A stretch of DNA of 64,000 nt from Candidatus Methylomirabilota bacterium. GTDB taxonomy: Bacteria; Methylomirabilota; Methylomirabilia; Rokubacteriales; CSP1-6. The DNA lies in assembly GCA_036556545.1 (NCBI GenBank), contig DATBJF010000060.1, positions 16,548 through 80,547 on the forward strand, written 5' to 3'. Of the stretch, positions 41,842-52,236 are shown in pieces; the stretch's first letter is position 1; every line of letters starts with the position of its first letter. Position numbers and translations under genes: made by a program. The notes under the pieces were generated by a model, which made no database searches, had not been told where the DNA came from, and worked only from the letters and a program-made list of their open reading frames with translations.

Positions 41842-44126
41842 GCCGTCCTCCCCGAAGGCGACGCGCCCGCTCCGTTCATCAGGAGCGCCTCGAGCCGGGC
41901 CAGCCGCTGCTTGCGCGCCGGCGCCAGCTCGCCCTTGGCCGTGAGAACGCGCCGCACCATCTCGAGCGCCGCCTCGCGCTCCGCCGTCTGCGGGACGAGC
42001 TTCGGCAGCGCCGCGAGGGCCCGCTCCTCGTCGACGAGCAGCATGAAATACTGGTCCCTGAACAGCTGCCGGCGCACGGCCGCGTTGAGCCCCTCACCTC
42101 CGAAGTAATGCTCGTACTCCTCGCGGACGCGCTGCATCATGTGGAAGCCGCGACTGTCGACGACCCCGGCGTCGGCGCCGGCCCAGAGCAGCATCCGGAC
42201 GGCGGCTTCGCGGAGTCCTCCTTCCGCGACACGGGAGCGGAGGGCGGCCACCTTCTGCCGGATCAGCGCCTCGTACACCTCGTCGGGCGCGGCCGGCGCG
42301 GCATCGGCCTGGAGACCGAGCATGGCGCGGACCCATGGTGAGCCGTAGATCGCGCTGAAGCCGACCTCGAACATCTTGTCGCGCGCGTCACGATAGCCGT
42401 TCAGCGCCCCCTCGATGACGGCGGCCATCCGTCGCTCGCCCTCGACGAACGGGTTGTCCGCGGCCACCGGCCGGCGATGCTCGCGCACCTGAGCGGCGAG
42501 CTGCGCGACCGGCTTCATCCATGGATTCCGGTCGGACCAAAGGTAATACTGCATGCGGTTCGGATGCAGGCGGCGCAGCATGTCGGCCGTCGTCTCGGTG
42601 ACGAACGGCTTGACCCACGGGCTGATGAAGGTACGGTACAGCGCCTCGTTGACCTCGGACATGCGGGCGACGGCGGCGAACGCCCGCTCATCCTCCCGCG
42701 TGTCCTCGAGGCCACGGATGTCGTCGAGGCGCCGGCTCTCGAACCGCACCAGATAGCGGCCGGGAATGAGTGCAGCCCCCGGCGCGTCGGGGTGCTTGTC
42801 CTCGATCAGCATCTCCCACAGTCCCGGCGGCAGCGTCTCGATCAGGTCCAGTCCCTGCACGATCTCGGCGTGCTCGCGCTGCGCGACGCGGCCGGAAACG
42901 AAGATGCCGAGGTGGCCGATGTCGTGGTGCAACAGGTAGACGATCGTCTGCTCGCGCGCGAGGATCTCGCGCTCGGAGGTATAGCAGTCGAGGATCCAGT
43001 TGAGCGCCTGCTGCGGCGGCGTGATGTTGTCACCCCAGGACGCGAAGACGACGATCGGAGATTTGATGTTCCGGAGATCGATGCGGCGGCCCGTCGACGA
43101 CACCACCTCGCCGCCCGCCAGCCGGTTGCCGACGAAGAGGTTGTTGACGATGAACCGCATCTCGTCCTCGTTGAGCAGAAAGAAGCCGCCCCACCACTTC
43201 TCGAAATCGAGATAGCGTTCCGCCTCGGTGTCGATCTTGGCGTACAGGTTGTAGGGCTTGCTCCAGAGCGTGTTGGCAGGATTCAGGCTCTCGAAGTTGG
43301 CCACGAGATGGACGCCGTCGAAGCGGCCGTTGCCGAGATCGCTCGCCAGCGAGGCGAGCCACGAGCCGCCGAGGAAGCCACCCGCATAGCGCATCGGATT
43401 CTGCGTTCCCGTCCCGGACCAGTAGGACAGCGGTGCGCCGACGAGGATGATCGGCCCCATCAGCTCCGGCGCCGCCGCGCTCAGCATCATCACCGCCCAT
43501 CCGGCCTGGCAGTTTCCGATCACCGTCGGACGCCCGTCGGCTTCGGGGTGCAGCTCGGCGACCTTCTCCACGAAGCGCGCCTCGGCGCGCGCGACGTGCT
43601 CGAGCGTCTGCCCCGGCTCCGGCTCGGCATGGAAGCCGACGAAGTAACAGGGATGACCGGCTTTCATCGCGACGCCGAGCTCGCTGTCGAGCTTCGATCC
43701 ACCGATGCCGGGACCATGGCCGGCGCGCGGATCCACGACCACGAACGGTCGCTTCGTCCGATCGATGCTGGTCTCCGCCGGCGGCAGGACCCGCATCAGG
43801 AAGTAATTGACGGGCTTCGGCAGCGTGCGGCCGTCCAGGACCATCTGGGTTTTGAAGGTCAGCACGGGCGGCTTTCCCTGCTCCTCGTGCTCGAGGAAGG
43901 TGTTGCCGCGCCGGCGCATGACGTCCCAGAACAAGACCGTGCGCTGGCAGGCATCGATCCAGTAGTCGGACCAGAGCTGCCACGGGTTGGCGCCCGGCCA
44001 CGCGGGCAGGCGCCAGGCCTCGGCGGCTTTGGCGAAATCGCTCATCGCCCGGGGCGTCGCCGGGCCGGATGCTTTCGGGAGCCAGGCTCCCCAGAATTGC
44101 GTCCAGAATTGCAGCGGGGCCATCAT
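41838..44126 (-). CDS. DUF3141 domain protein (alpha/beta-hydrolase, PHA-synthase-like)
   Basis: RPFVVVDPRAGHGPGIGG...VIGNCQAGWAVMML (nucleophile-elbow-like with Cys)...VVFASWGDNITPPQQALNW. Start ATG 44126 with AAAGAGGA upstream. Confidence 0.75.
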   Translation of the reverse strand: MMAPLQFWTQFWGAWLPKASGPATPRAMSDFAKAAEAWRLPAWPGANPWQLWSDYWIDACQRTVLFWDVMRRRGNTFLEHEEQGKPPVLTFKTQMVLDGRTLPKPVNYFLMRVLPPAETSIDRTKRPFVVVDPRAGHGPGIGGSKLDSELGVAMKAGHPCYFVGFHAEPEPGQTLEHVARAEARFVEKVAELHPEADGRPTVIGNCQAGWAVMMLSAAAPELMGPIILVGAPLSYWSGTGTQNPMRYAGGFLGGSWLASLASDLGNGRFDGVHLVANFESLNPANTLWSKPYNLYAKIDTEAERYLDFEKWWGGFFLLNEDEMRFIVNNLFVGNRLAGGEVVSSTGRRIDLRNIKSPIVVFASWGDNITPPQQALNWILDCYTSEREILAREQTIVYLLHHDIGHLGIFVSGRVAQREHAEIVQGLDLIETLPPGLWEMLIEDKHPDAPGAALIPGRYLVRFESRRLDDIRGLEDTREDERAFAAVARMSEVNEALYRTFISPWVKPFVTETTADMLRRLHPNRMQYYLWSDRNPWMKPVAQLAAQVREHRRPVAADNPFVEGERRMAAVIEGALNGYRDARDKMFEVGFSAIYGSPWVRAMLGLQADAAPAAPDEVYEALIRQKVAALRSRVAEGGLREAAVRMLLWAGADAGVVDSRGFHMMQRVREEYEHYFGGEGLNAAVRRQLFRDQYFMLLVDEERALAALPKLVPQTAEREAALEMVRRVLTAKGELAPARKQRLARLEALLMNGAGASPSGRTA

Positions 44127-44204
44127 GGCGTCATCCTCTTTCGTCACGGCCGAACCATGCGGTGTGCGGACTATTCCGTCGTAACGCGGAGGCGCCGAGA
44201 CGAC

Positions 44205-44220
44205 CATTGGACGTTGGGCG
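44205..44220 (-). promoter_or_regulatory. Box variant CATTGGACGTTGGGCG (GGACGTTGG sub-family)
   Basis: Read directly. Lies about 80 nt upstream of the DUF3141 start and 15 nt downstream of the AI-2E gene stop. Confidence 0.35.
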
Positions 44221-44234
44221 TAGGACTCGGCGGA

Positions 44235-45362
44235 TTACAACACCGACGCGAGATCACGCTCCGGGTCGCGGACGGACGATGTCGGTTCCGGGCCTGGCGG
44301 CGCACTCCTCACCCAGTCCGCAAGCAGCGAGTAGCCCACGGCCAGCACGACGGGTCCGATGAAGAGCCCGATGATCCCGAACGCCAGCAGACCGCCGATC
44401 ACGCCGACGATCACCAGGAGCAGCGGCAGATCGGCCCCTTTGCGGATGAGGATCGGACGCAGGACGTTGTCGATGGCGACCACGAACACGCTCCACACCA
44501 GGAGCAGACCGGTCGCCCACCCGCTGGCGCCGATCCAGTACATCCAGACCACCGAGAACACGAGCACCAGGAGCGGTCCGAGCTGCGCGATGCAGAGGAC
44601 GAACGTGACCGCCGTCAGCACCGCCGCGAGCGGAATGCCGGCCACGAACAAGCCGGCAGCGGTCAGAACCGTCTGGACCGCGGCCGTCACCACGATACCC
44701 ATGGCCACGCCGCGGATCGCGTTGGCGGCGAGCCACGCCGAGTGCTCGCCGCGGGCCCCCGCCAGCCGCCGGGCGAAGCGACATGTCGCGTCCGCCGCCC
44801 TCTCACCGGACGCGTAGAGGATGGCGGCGAACAATACCACGAGCAGGAACTGCCCCAGCAGGAGGCCGACGCTCCCGATGGTGCCGGCCACCCAGCCGGC
44901 CGCGACGAGCATGTACGGGCGCAGCCGATCCGAGATCTCGTCGGGAGTCGCCGCTGCGATCTCGGCCCACCGCGCCGCCACGCGCGGCCCCGCGAACGGC
45001 ACATTCGCGACCCATTCCGGCGGCGGCGGCAGCGACGCCGTCACCACCGACTGCGCCCAGGCCGCGATGGCATCGAGGTGCGTGGCGATCGTCGCCAGCG
45101 CGAGGACGAGCGGCACGATGAGGCACAGCAGCAACAAGGCGGACATGGCGCCCACGGCGAGCCCACGCCGGCCCCGAAGAAGCGCCTGCAGGCGCACCAT
45201 GACCGGCCACGTGGCGACGACGATCGTGGCCGCCCACACCGCCGCCGGCAGGAACGGCCGCACGATCCAGAAGGCGGCCAGGATCATGCCGGCGATGAAG
45301 ACCACCACGAAGATGGCGCGCGCGGGATCCCGCGAGAACATCGACTCCGTCACTCCTGCCAC
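44235..45362 (-). CDS. AI-2E family transporter (PerM/YdiK-like)
   Basis: Eight hydrophobic helices and the family-typical ending ...DNVLRPILIRKGADLPLLLVIVGVIGGLLAFGIIGLFIGPVVLAV. The start could also be ATG 45341. Confidence 0.85.
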   Translation of the reverse strand: MAGVTESMFSRDPARAIFVVVFIAGMILAAFWIVRPFLPAAVWAATIVVATWPVMVRLQALLRGRRGLAVGAMSALLLLCLIVPLVLALATIATHLDAIAAWAQSVVTASLPPPPEWVANVPFAGPRVAARWAEIAAATPDEISDRLRPYMLVAAGWVAGTIGSVGLLLGQFLLVVLFAAILYASGERAADATCRFARRLAGARGEHSAWLAANAIRGVAMGIVVTAAVQTVLTAAGLFVAGIPLAAVLTAVTFVLCIAQLGPLLVLVFSVVWMYWIGASGWATGLLLVWSVFVVAIDNVLRPILIRKGADLPLLLVIVGVIGGLLAFGIIGLFIGPVVLAVGYSLLADWVRSAPPGPEPTSSVRDPERDLASVL

Positions 45363-46735
45363 CCACCTCCGAGCGCACGGTAGATGCGGACCACGGCGAG
45401 CAGCTCGTCGCGGCGAGAGCGCGCCAGCCCCAGCTCCGCGTCGAAGAGCTCGCGCTCGCTGTCGAGGACCTCGAGATAGCTGGTCACCCCGCCGCGGTAG
45501 CGGATGTTGGCCAGGCGCGTGGTGCTGCGTGACGCCACCGTGAGCGCCTCCTGCTGCGCGCGCGCCTCCTGGCGCTTGCGATACTCGACGAGGCCATCGG
45601 CCACCTCGCGGAACGCCTGCACGATCACCTGCCGGTACTGGGCGAGCGCCGCCTGGGTGCGCGCTTCCGCGGAGTCGACGTTCGCGGAGACCCGGCCGCT
45701 GTTGAAGATCGGGAGCGTGATGGAGGGACCGACCGCGAAGATCCCCTGCGGCCCGATCTTGGTGCCATCGACCTGGAGTCCTCCGGCGGCGGCCGACGCG
45801 CTCAAGAACACGCGCGGAAAGTAGTCCGCCCTCGCGATGCCGATGCGCGCGGTGGCGGCGTGCAGCTGCGCCTCGGCCTGCTGGATGTCGGGCCGGCGCT
45901 CGAGGAGCGCGGACGGCACGCCGACCGGAAGGGGCGGCGCCGCGAACTGGTCGTCCAGCGGCCGCCCGCGCGGCACCGCGTCGGGGTTCCGGCCCAGCAG
46001 CACGCTCAGCGCGTTCTCGGTCTGCTCGATGAGCCGCTCGGTGTCGGCGATGATGGTCGCCGCCTGCGCCACCAGAATCTCGTTCTGGTGGACGTCGATC
46101 ATCGCGGCCACGCCGCCCTCGGCACGCAGGCGCACCAGTCGCAGCGAGTCCAGGCGCGCCGCGAGCGTACGGCGAGAGATGTCCAGCTCGAGATCCAGCT
46201 CGCGCAGCGAGAAGTACGCGGTGGCGACGTCGCTCACGAGCGTCGTGAATACGAACCGCCGCGCGGCCTCGCTGGCGAGGAGCTCGGCCCGCGCCGCCTC
46301 GGTGGCGCGCCGGAAACGTCCCCAGAAGTCGATCTCGAAGCCGAAGAGGAAGCCGCCGGTGGCGCTGAGCGTGTCCTCGCCCTGCAGCAGGTCACGCTCT
46401 CCCTCGATGCGCTGGTACGCGCCGTCGGCGCGGGCATCCACGGTCGGAAACTGGAACGAGCGGGCGACCGTCACCTGGGATCGCGCGTCGAGGATCCGCG
46501 CCGCCGCGATCTGCAGATCGTAGCTCTCGACCAGCGCCGTCCGGATCAGCCCCTGGAGCGTCTCGTCCTGGAAGAGACGCCACCACCGGATGTCGGCCAG
46601 CGTCTCGGCGGCGGGCTGGCTCTCCACCACCCCGCGGAACTCCGGCGGCGTGGACACCTGGGGCCGCCTGTAGTCGGGACCGAGCGTGCACCCGGCCAGC
46701 AGAAGGCCGGCGGCGGCGAGGGCCCGGGCCCTCAT
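45350..46735 (-). CDS. RND efflux outer-membrane factor lipoprotein (NodT family)
   Basis: Lipobox LLLAGC, PDYRRP, and two OEP repeats. ATG overlaps the pump stop (ATGA). Confidence 0.9.
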   Translation of the reverse strand: MRARALAAAGLLLAGCTLGPDYRRPQVSTPPEFRGVVESQPAAETLADIRWWRLFQDETLQGLIRTALVESYDLQIAAARILDARSQVTVARSFQFPTVDARADGAYQRIEGERDLLQGEDTLSATGGFLFGFEIDFWGRFRRATEAARAELLASEAARRFVFTTLVSDVATAYFSLRELDLELDISRRTLAARLDSLRLVRLRAEGGVAAMIDVHQNEILVAQAATIIADTERLIEQTENALSVLLGRNPDAVPRGRPLDDQFAAPPLPVGVPSALLERRPDIQQAEAQLHAATARIGIARADYFPRVFLSASAAAGGLQVDGTKIGPQGIFAVGPSITLPIFNSGRVSANVDSAEARTQAALAQYRQVIVQAFREVADGLVEYRKRQEARAQQEALTVASRSTTRLANIRYRGGVTSYLEVLDSERELFDAELGLARSRRDELLAVVRIYRALGGGWQE

Positions 46736-49700
46736 GCGTGGTGGCCGCCGTGGGCCGGCGCCGGCACACCCGTCCCCGGCAGGGGTTTCTCGGCACGCGT
46801 GCGTCGGCGCCCGAGGGACTCGACGAACGAGAAGTTGCCCGGGATCAGGAAGACGCCGAGCGCGGTGGCGATGAGCATCCCCCAGAAGACCGCGGTGCCC
46901 ATCACGTTCTGCGCGCCGGCGCCGGCGCCGCTGGCCAGCATCAGCGGCACCACCCCGATGATGAACGCAAAGGCCGTCATCAAGATCGGCCGGAACCGCA
47001 GCCGCGCCGACTCGATGGCCGCCTCCTCCACGGAGAGGCCGTCCTGCTCGTGCTTGGCCTTGGCGAACTCGACGATCAGGATGGCGTTCTTGGCGGCGAG
47101 GCCGATCAGCATGATGTTGCCGATCTGCACGTAGACGTTGTTGTCGTAGCCGGCGAGCCACACACCGAAGAACGCGCCGAGGGCGACCAGCGGCGAGCCG
47201 AGCAGCACGGCCCACGGCAGCCGCCAGCTCTCGTACATCGCCGCCAGCAGCAGGAAGACGAACACGATGGCGAGGATGAACGTCGGCCCCGGCGGCGGCG
47301 CCACCTTCTCCTGATACGACAGCGACGAGTACGCGAAGCCCATCTCCTTCGGCATCGTCTGCTTGAAGACGTCCTCGAGCGCGGCCAGCGCCTGGCCGGA
47401 GCTGACGCCGCGCGCGGGCGCGCCCTGGATCTCCACGGAGCGCAGGAGGTTGAAGCGCGTGGTGATTTCCGTCCCGGGCACCGACGTGATGGTCACCAGC
47501 GTCGAGAGCGGGATCATCGTGCCGGTCGTCTTGCTGCGGACGTAGACGTCGCCGATGTCGCCCGGCTTGCGACGGTAGTCGGCGTCGGCCTGGACGTACA
47601 CGCGGTACAGCCGTCCAAAGCGGTTGAAGTCGTTCACGTAGGTGCCGCCCATCGCCGCCGACATCGCCACGAACACGTCGTTGATCGGCACCCCGAGCGT
47701 CCGGGCCTTCTCGCGGTCGAGCTCGACCTTCACCTGGGGATAGGTTGGATCGAACGCGGTGAAGAGCGACGCGAACTCGGGCCGCTGCCGCGCCGCCGCC
47801 AGGAACGCCCGCGTCTGGGCGCCGAGCTCGTCCACGCTCATCGTGCCGCTTCTATCTTGAAGCAGGAAGTTGAAGCCGGCCGCGGCGCCGAAGCCCGAGA
47901 TGGTCGGGATGTTGAATGGAAACGCGATGGCCTCGGGAATCTGGGCCAGCTCGCGCTGCACCGCCGCCATGATCGCCTTCACGTGCTGCGCCTCGCCATG
48001 CCGCTCATCCCATGGCTTGAGCCGGGCGAAGATGGTTCCGAAGTTCGGCTGGTAGGTGCTCGTCACGACGCCGTAGCCGCCGATGGTCTGGTACGACTCG
48101 AGCTCCGGGATCTTGGCCAGGATGTCCTCGACCCGCTTCAGGACCGCGCTCGTCCGCTCGAGCGAGGCGGCGGGCGGCAGCTGGACGTTCACGCCGAAGA
48201 GCCCCTGGTCCTCGTCGGGGATGAAACCGGCCGGCAATGCGCGCCCCAGCAGGCCGGCGAACACGACGACCACGCCCACCAGCACGATCGTGATGAAGCC
48301 GCGCCTGATCAGCACGCGGGCGACGTGCAGATAGCCCTTCGTCGATGTCTCGAACGCGCGGTTGAATCCGCGGAAGAACATACCGAGCGGGCCGCGCGCA
48401 GGCTTCGCCGGCTTGAGGAGCATGGCCGACAGCGCCGGCGCCAGCGACAGCGCGCTGAACGCCGACAGCAGCACCGAGATGGCGATGGTGAGGGCGAACT
48501 GCTGATACATCTGGCCGGTCAGGCCGCCCAGGAAGGCGACCGGGATGAACACGGCCGAGAGGATCAGCGCGATGCCGATGACGGGCGCCGTGACCTCCTT
48601 CATCGCCTGGATGGTCGCCTCCCGCGGCGCCATGCCGTGCTCGATGTGGTGCATGACGGCCTCGACGACGACGATCGCGTCGTCGACGACGATGCCGATG
48701 GCGAGCACGAGCCCGAACATCGACAGCGTGTTCACCGAGAAACCGAGCATCGGGAAGAAGATGAAGGCCCCGATGATCGACACGGGAACGGTGAGGAGCG
48801 GGATGATGGTGGCCCGGAGGTTCTGGAGGAAGATGTACACCACCAGCGTCACCAGGATCAGCGCCTCGACGAACGTCTTCACGATCGAGTGGATCGACGC
48901 CTGGACCGCCGGCGTCGTGTCGTACACGATCGTGTAGTCCATGTCCGGCGGGAACAGCGTTTTGGCGTCGGCAAGCGTCTGGTAGATCGCCTGCGCGGCC
49001 CCGAGCTGGTTGGCGCCGGGCAGCAGATAGACGGCCAGCGCGCCCGCCGGCTTGCCGTTGAGCCGGCCGAAGGAGTTGTAGTCCTGGCTGCCCAGCTCCG
49101 CGCGCCCGATGTCCTTGATGCGCACCGGCGTGCCCGTGGCCGCCTCGCGGATGATGATGTTCTCGAACTCGGCCGGTGTCACCAGCCGCCCCGGGGCGTT
49201 GACGGTGAACGTGAACGCCTGGTCGACGGGTGTGGGCGGCGCCCCCACCCGCCCCGCCGGCGCCTGGAGATTCTGCTCCTTGATGGCCGACATCACGTCG
49301 CTCGGCGTCAGCCCGAGCTTGGCGAGCCGGTCCGGGCGGAGCCAGATACGGAGCCCGTAGTCCGTCCCGCCGAACAGGTCGACCTGCGCGATCCCCGAAA
49401 TGCGGAGCAGGCGGTCGCGGATGTTGATCGAGGCGTAGTTGATCAGGAAGTTGGCGTCATAGCTCCCGCCCGGCGAGGACAGCGAGATGACCATCAGGAT
49501 GCTCGGGCTCTGCTTCTTGACCGTCACGCCCTGCGCGACGACTTCCTGGGGCAGGCGCGCCTGCGCCGACGACACACGGTTCTGGGTGAGGACGTTCGAG
49601 GTGTCCTGGTCGACGCCGACCTCGAAGTTGACGTCGAGCTGCATGCGGCCGTCGCTCGTGTTCGACGACTTCATGTAGATCATCCGATCGACGCCGTTCA

Positions 49701-49905
49701 CCTCCTGCTCGATCGGCGTGGCGACGGACTGCTCGACGGCCACCGCGGAAGCGCCCGGATAGTTCGCGGTGACGCGGATGGTCGGCGGCGCCAGGAACGG
49801 ATACTGCTCGAAGCTCAGCCGGAGGAGCGTGGCCACCCCGAGCAGCACCGTGAGGATGGCGATGACGATGGCGACGATCGGGCGGCGGATGAAGAAGTTT
49901 GCCAC
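46732..49905 (-). CDS. RND multidrug efflux permease (HAE1, AcrB/MexB-like)
   Basis: MANFFIRRPIVAIVIAILTVLLG N-terminus. 1057 aa, 12 TM helices. Conserved GLVLAIGIVVDDAIVVVE. Confidence 0.95.
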   Translation of the reverse strand: MANFFIRRPIVAIVIAILTVLLGVATLLRLSFEQYPFLAPPTIRVTANYPGASAVAVEQSVATPIEQEVNGVDRMIYMKSSNTSDGRMQLDVNFEVGVDQDTSNVLTQNRVSSAQARLPQEVVAQGVTVKKQSPSILMVISLSSPGGSYDANFLINYASINIRDRLLRISGIAQVDLFGGTDYGLRIWLRPDRLAKLGLTPSDVMSAIKEQNLQAPAGRVGAPPTPVDQAFTFTVNAPGRLVTPAEFENIIIREAATGTPVRIKDIGRAELGSQDYNSFGRLNGKPAGALAVYLLPGANQLGAAQAIYQTLADAKTLFPPDMDYTIVYDTTPAVQASIHSIVKTFVEALILVTLVVYIFLQNLRATIIPLLTVPVSIIGAFIFFPMLGFSVNTLSMFGLVLAIGIVVDDAIVVVEAVMHHIEHGMAPREATIQAMKEVTAPVIGIALILSAVFIPVAFLGGLTGQMYQQFALTIAISVLLSAFSALSLAPALSAMLLKPAKPARGPLGMFFRGFNRAFETSTKGYLHVARVLIRRGFITIVLVGVVVVFAGLLGRALPAGFIPDEDQGLFGVNVQLPPAASLERTSAVLKRVEDILAKIPELESYQTIGGYGVVTSTYQPNFGTIFARLKPWDERHGEAQHVKAIMAAVQRELAQIPEAIAFPFNIPTISGFGAAAGFNFLLQDRSGTMSVDELGAQTRAFLAAARQRPEFASLFTAFDPTYPQVKVELDREKARTLGVPINDVFVAMSAAMGGTYVNDFNRFGRLYRVYVQADADYRRKPGDIGDVYVRSKTTGTMIPLSTLVTITSVPGTEITTRFNLLRSVEIQGAPARGVSSGQALAALEDVFKQTMPKEMGFAYSSLSYQEKVAPPPGPTFILAIVFVFLLLAAMYESWRLPWAVLLGSPLVALGAFFGVWLAGYDNNVYVQIGNIMLIGLAAKNAILIVEFAKAKHEQDGLSVEEAAIESARLRFRPILMTAFAFIIGVVPLMLASGAGAGAQNVMGTAVFWGMLIATALGVFLIPGNFSFVESLGRRRTRAEKPLPGTGVPAPAHGGHHA

Positions 49906-49909
49906 GGCG

Positions 49910-51256
49910 TCACTTCCCGGTGTTCGACTTCGTCACCGGCGAGGCGGCCGGCGCCGACCCCTTCGCTTCGGCCTTGACCTGCATCCCCGGCCGCACTTTC
50001 TGGATGCCGTCCACGATGACCCGCTCCCCAGGTTTCACGCCGGCGGTCACGATGTAAAAATCATCGGTCGCGTCCCCCAGCGTGACGGTCCGCGCGGCCA
50101 CCTTGTCCCCCTCCCCGACCACCAGCACGCTCTTGATGCCTTGCAGCTCGGTGACTGCGAGCTGAGGCACGAGCACCGCGTTGGGCACGTCCTCGGTGAT
50201 GGCGCGGACGCGGCCGAACTGGCCGGGACGCAGGACGCGCTGCGGATTCGGAAACTCCGCTCGCACCGCGATGGTCCCCGTCTTCACGTCGATGGCTCGA
50301 TCGATGAAGATCGGCCGGCCCTTGTGCGGGAACGTCGTCGCATCGGCCACGACCAGCTCGAGCCGCGCCGGCGCATCGCGGCGAGCCTCACCGCGCCCCA
50401 GTCCGGGGCTTCGCTTGACGAACCGAAGATAGTCCGCCTCCGTGATCGCAAAGTCCACGTACATCGGGTCCACCGAGGACACCGTGGCCAGCAGCGTTGG
50501 TTCGGCTTTCCCCACGAGGTTGCCGCTGTCGACGGCGAGCTTGCTGATGATCCCGGTGATCGGGGATTTGATCACGGTGTAGGCGAGATTCAGCTCGGCC
50601 TGAATGACGGCCGCCTTGCCCGATTCGACCGCCGCCTCCGCAAGCTGGATGGCGGTGCGCTGGCTCAGCACGGTGTCCTTGAACGCGGCCGTTGCCGCTT
50701 CGACCCCCGCTGCGGCGGCCAGCTCGCGCGACAGCGCGGTGTCGAGATCCTGCTGCGGTATGGCCTGGGCCTCCGCGAGCGGGCGGTAGCGGGCGACGTC
50801 CTGCTGGACCTTGCCGAGCTCCGCCTTGGCCTGGTCGAGGTTCGCGCGACCGCGATCGACCACCGACGTGTCGCGGGCCCTGGTGAGATCCGCCTCGGCC
50901 TTCGCCAGCTGCGCCCGCGCCGACTGCAGCGCCGCCTTGTACTCCGCCTGCTGGATCACGAACAGGATCTGGCCCTCTTCGACCGCCGAGCCCTCCCGGA
51001 ACTTCACCTGCTCGAGGACTCCTCCGACCCGCGCACGAATCTCGACGGTCGGGACCGCCTCCGTGCGTGCCACGAAATCGCGCATGAGCGGAACGTCGCG
51101 TTGAATGACCGACGCCACGACGACCGTCGGCGGCGGCGGCGCGGCCTTGGCCTGGGGCTCGTTCTTGCCGCGGCTGCAGCCGGTGACCACGGCCGTGGCC
51201 AGCAGGCAGAGGCCCAGGCCCCGGCATATATAGAGGATGCGTCCGGTGGCTGTCAT
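49910..51256 (-). CDS. RND efflux periplasmic adaptor (MFP, AcrA/MexA-like)
   Basis: Lipobox VVTGC. Lipoyl/hairpin segments (VEIRARVGGVLEQVKFREGSAVEEGQILFVI...AKAEADL...) and a C-terminal beta-barrel domain. Confidence 0.9.
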   Translation of the reverse strand: MTATGRILYICRGLGLCLLATAVVTGCSRGKNEPQAKAAPPPPTVVVASVIQRDVPLMRDFVARTEAVPTVEIRARVGGVLEQVKFREGSAVEEGQILFVIQQAEYKAALQSARAQLAKAEADLTRARDTSVVDRGRANLDQAKAELGKVQQDVARYRPLAEAQAIPQQDLDTALSRELAAAAGVEAATAAFKDTVLSQRTAIQLAEAAVESGKAAVIQAELNLAYTVIKSPITGIISKLAVDSGNLVGKAEPTLLATVSSVDPMYVDFAITEADYLRFVKRSPGLGRGEARRDAPARLELVVADATTFPHKGRPIFIDRAIDVKTGTIAVRAEFPNPQRVLRPGQFGRVRAITEDVPNAVLVPQLAVTELQGIKSVLVVGEGDKVAARTVTLGDATDDFYIVTAGVKPGERVIVDGIQKVRPGMQVKAEAKGSAPAASPVTKSNTGK

Positions 51257-51313
51257 CGAAATGTCCCCCTCGGAAAGTCTGCGCGGCGATGATGGCAGCC
51301 GCCACGACAGGGG

Positions 51314-51332
51314 TCTATGGGACGTTCGGTGT
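51314..51332 (-). promoter_or_regulatory. Box variant TCTATGGGACGTTCGGTGT
   Basis: The 13-mer TCTATGGGACGTT is identical to 18204-18216. The right half is degenerate, with a 1-nt insertion. Lies about 60 nt upstream of the MFP start (51256). Confidence 0.35.
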
Positions 51333-51340
51333 ATGTCACC

Positions 51341-52207
51341 TCACTCCGGGATCGCCGAAATCGCGTACATCAGGATCAGCGCCGGGGACGGCTTGCCCAT
51401 CTCGCTGAACCACTTTTCGTACAGCCGCGAGATGTCCTGCGACCGGTACAGGCGGGACAGCGCCCGGTTCACGGCGAGGCGGAAATCGGCGTCGCCGCGG
51501 CGCAGCATCAGGCCGTAGGGCTCGTAGGAGAAGAGCTGCGGCGAGAGCGACAGCTTCGAGCGCTGGGCGCTCCGGCGCCCCAGGCCGATCAGGATGACCC
51601 GGTCTGACGCGTAGACATCGGCGGTCCCGCTCTCCAGTGCGGCCAGGCCCTCGGCATGGTCCTTCACGGGCACGATCTGCGGCGTCACCAGGTATTGCTT
51701 GAGCGCGGCAGCCAGCGCGGTCTGCGTGGTCGTGCCGGGCACGACGGCAACACGCTTGCCCGCCAGATCCTTGACGCCCTCCACGGCCGAGGCGTCGGTG
51801 GCGAGGAGACTTCCGCCGTCCACGAACGTCGTGATGCTGAAGTCCACCTGCTCGGCCCGGGACAGCGTGGCCGTGGTGGAGCCGCACTCGAGGTCCACGG
51901 TGCCGTCGGCGACGGCCTTCACCCGGTCCTCCGGCGTGACCTTCACCCACTTGATCGCCAATCCGGGCACGCCGAGCTGGGCACCGATCGCCTCGGCCGC
52001 CTTCACGCAGAGGTCGACCGAGTAGCCGGCGGGTTTGCCGCCGTCGTCCACGAAGGAGAAGGGCCACGACGACTCACGATGTCCGAGCACGATCGTCTTG
52101 CGATCCTTGATCTTCTTGAGGGTGCCGCCGGGCTCCGCGGCCAGGGCGGCCGCCGGCAAGGAGAGCACCACGAGCGTCACGACGGCCATCCACAGGCGGA
52201 GCATCAT
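51341..52207 (-). CDS. Family-3 (amino-acid type) ABC substrate-binding protein
   Basis: Signal peptide, then IVLGHRESSWPFSF...GYSVDLC...DLECGSTTATLSRAEQVDFS. GGAGGA before ATG 52207. Confidence 0.85.
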   Translation of the reverse strand: MMLRLWMAVVTLVVLSLPAAALAAEPGGTLKKIKDRKTIVLGHRESSWPFSFVDDGGKPAGYSVDLCVKAAEAIGAQLGVPGLAIKWVKVTPEDRVKAVADGTVDLECGSTTATLSRAEQVDFSITTFVDGGSLLATDASAVEGVKDLAGKRVAVVPGTTTQTALAAALKQYLVTPQIVPVKDHAEGLAALESGTADVYASDRVILIGLGRRSAQRSKLSLSPQLFSYEPYGLMLRRGDADFRLAVNRALSRLYRSQDISRLYEKWFSEMGKPSPALILMYAISAIPE

Positions 52208-52236
52208 CGTTGTCCTCCTGGAAACATCGGTCACGA

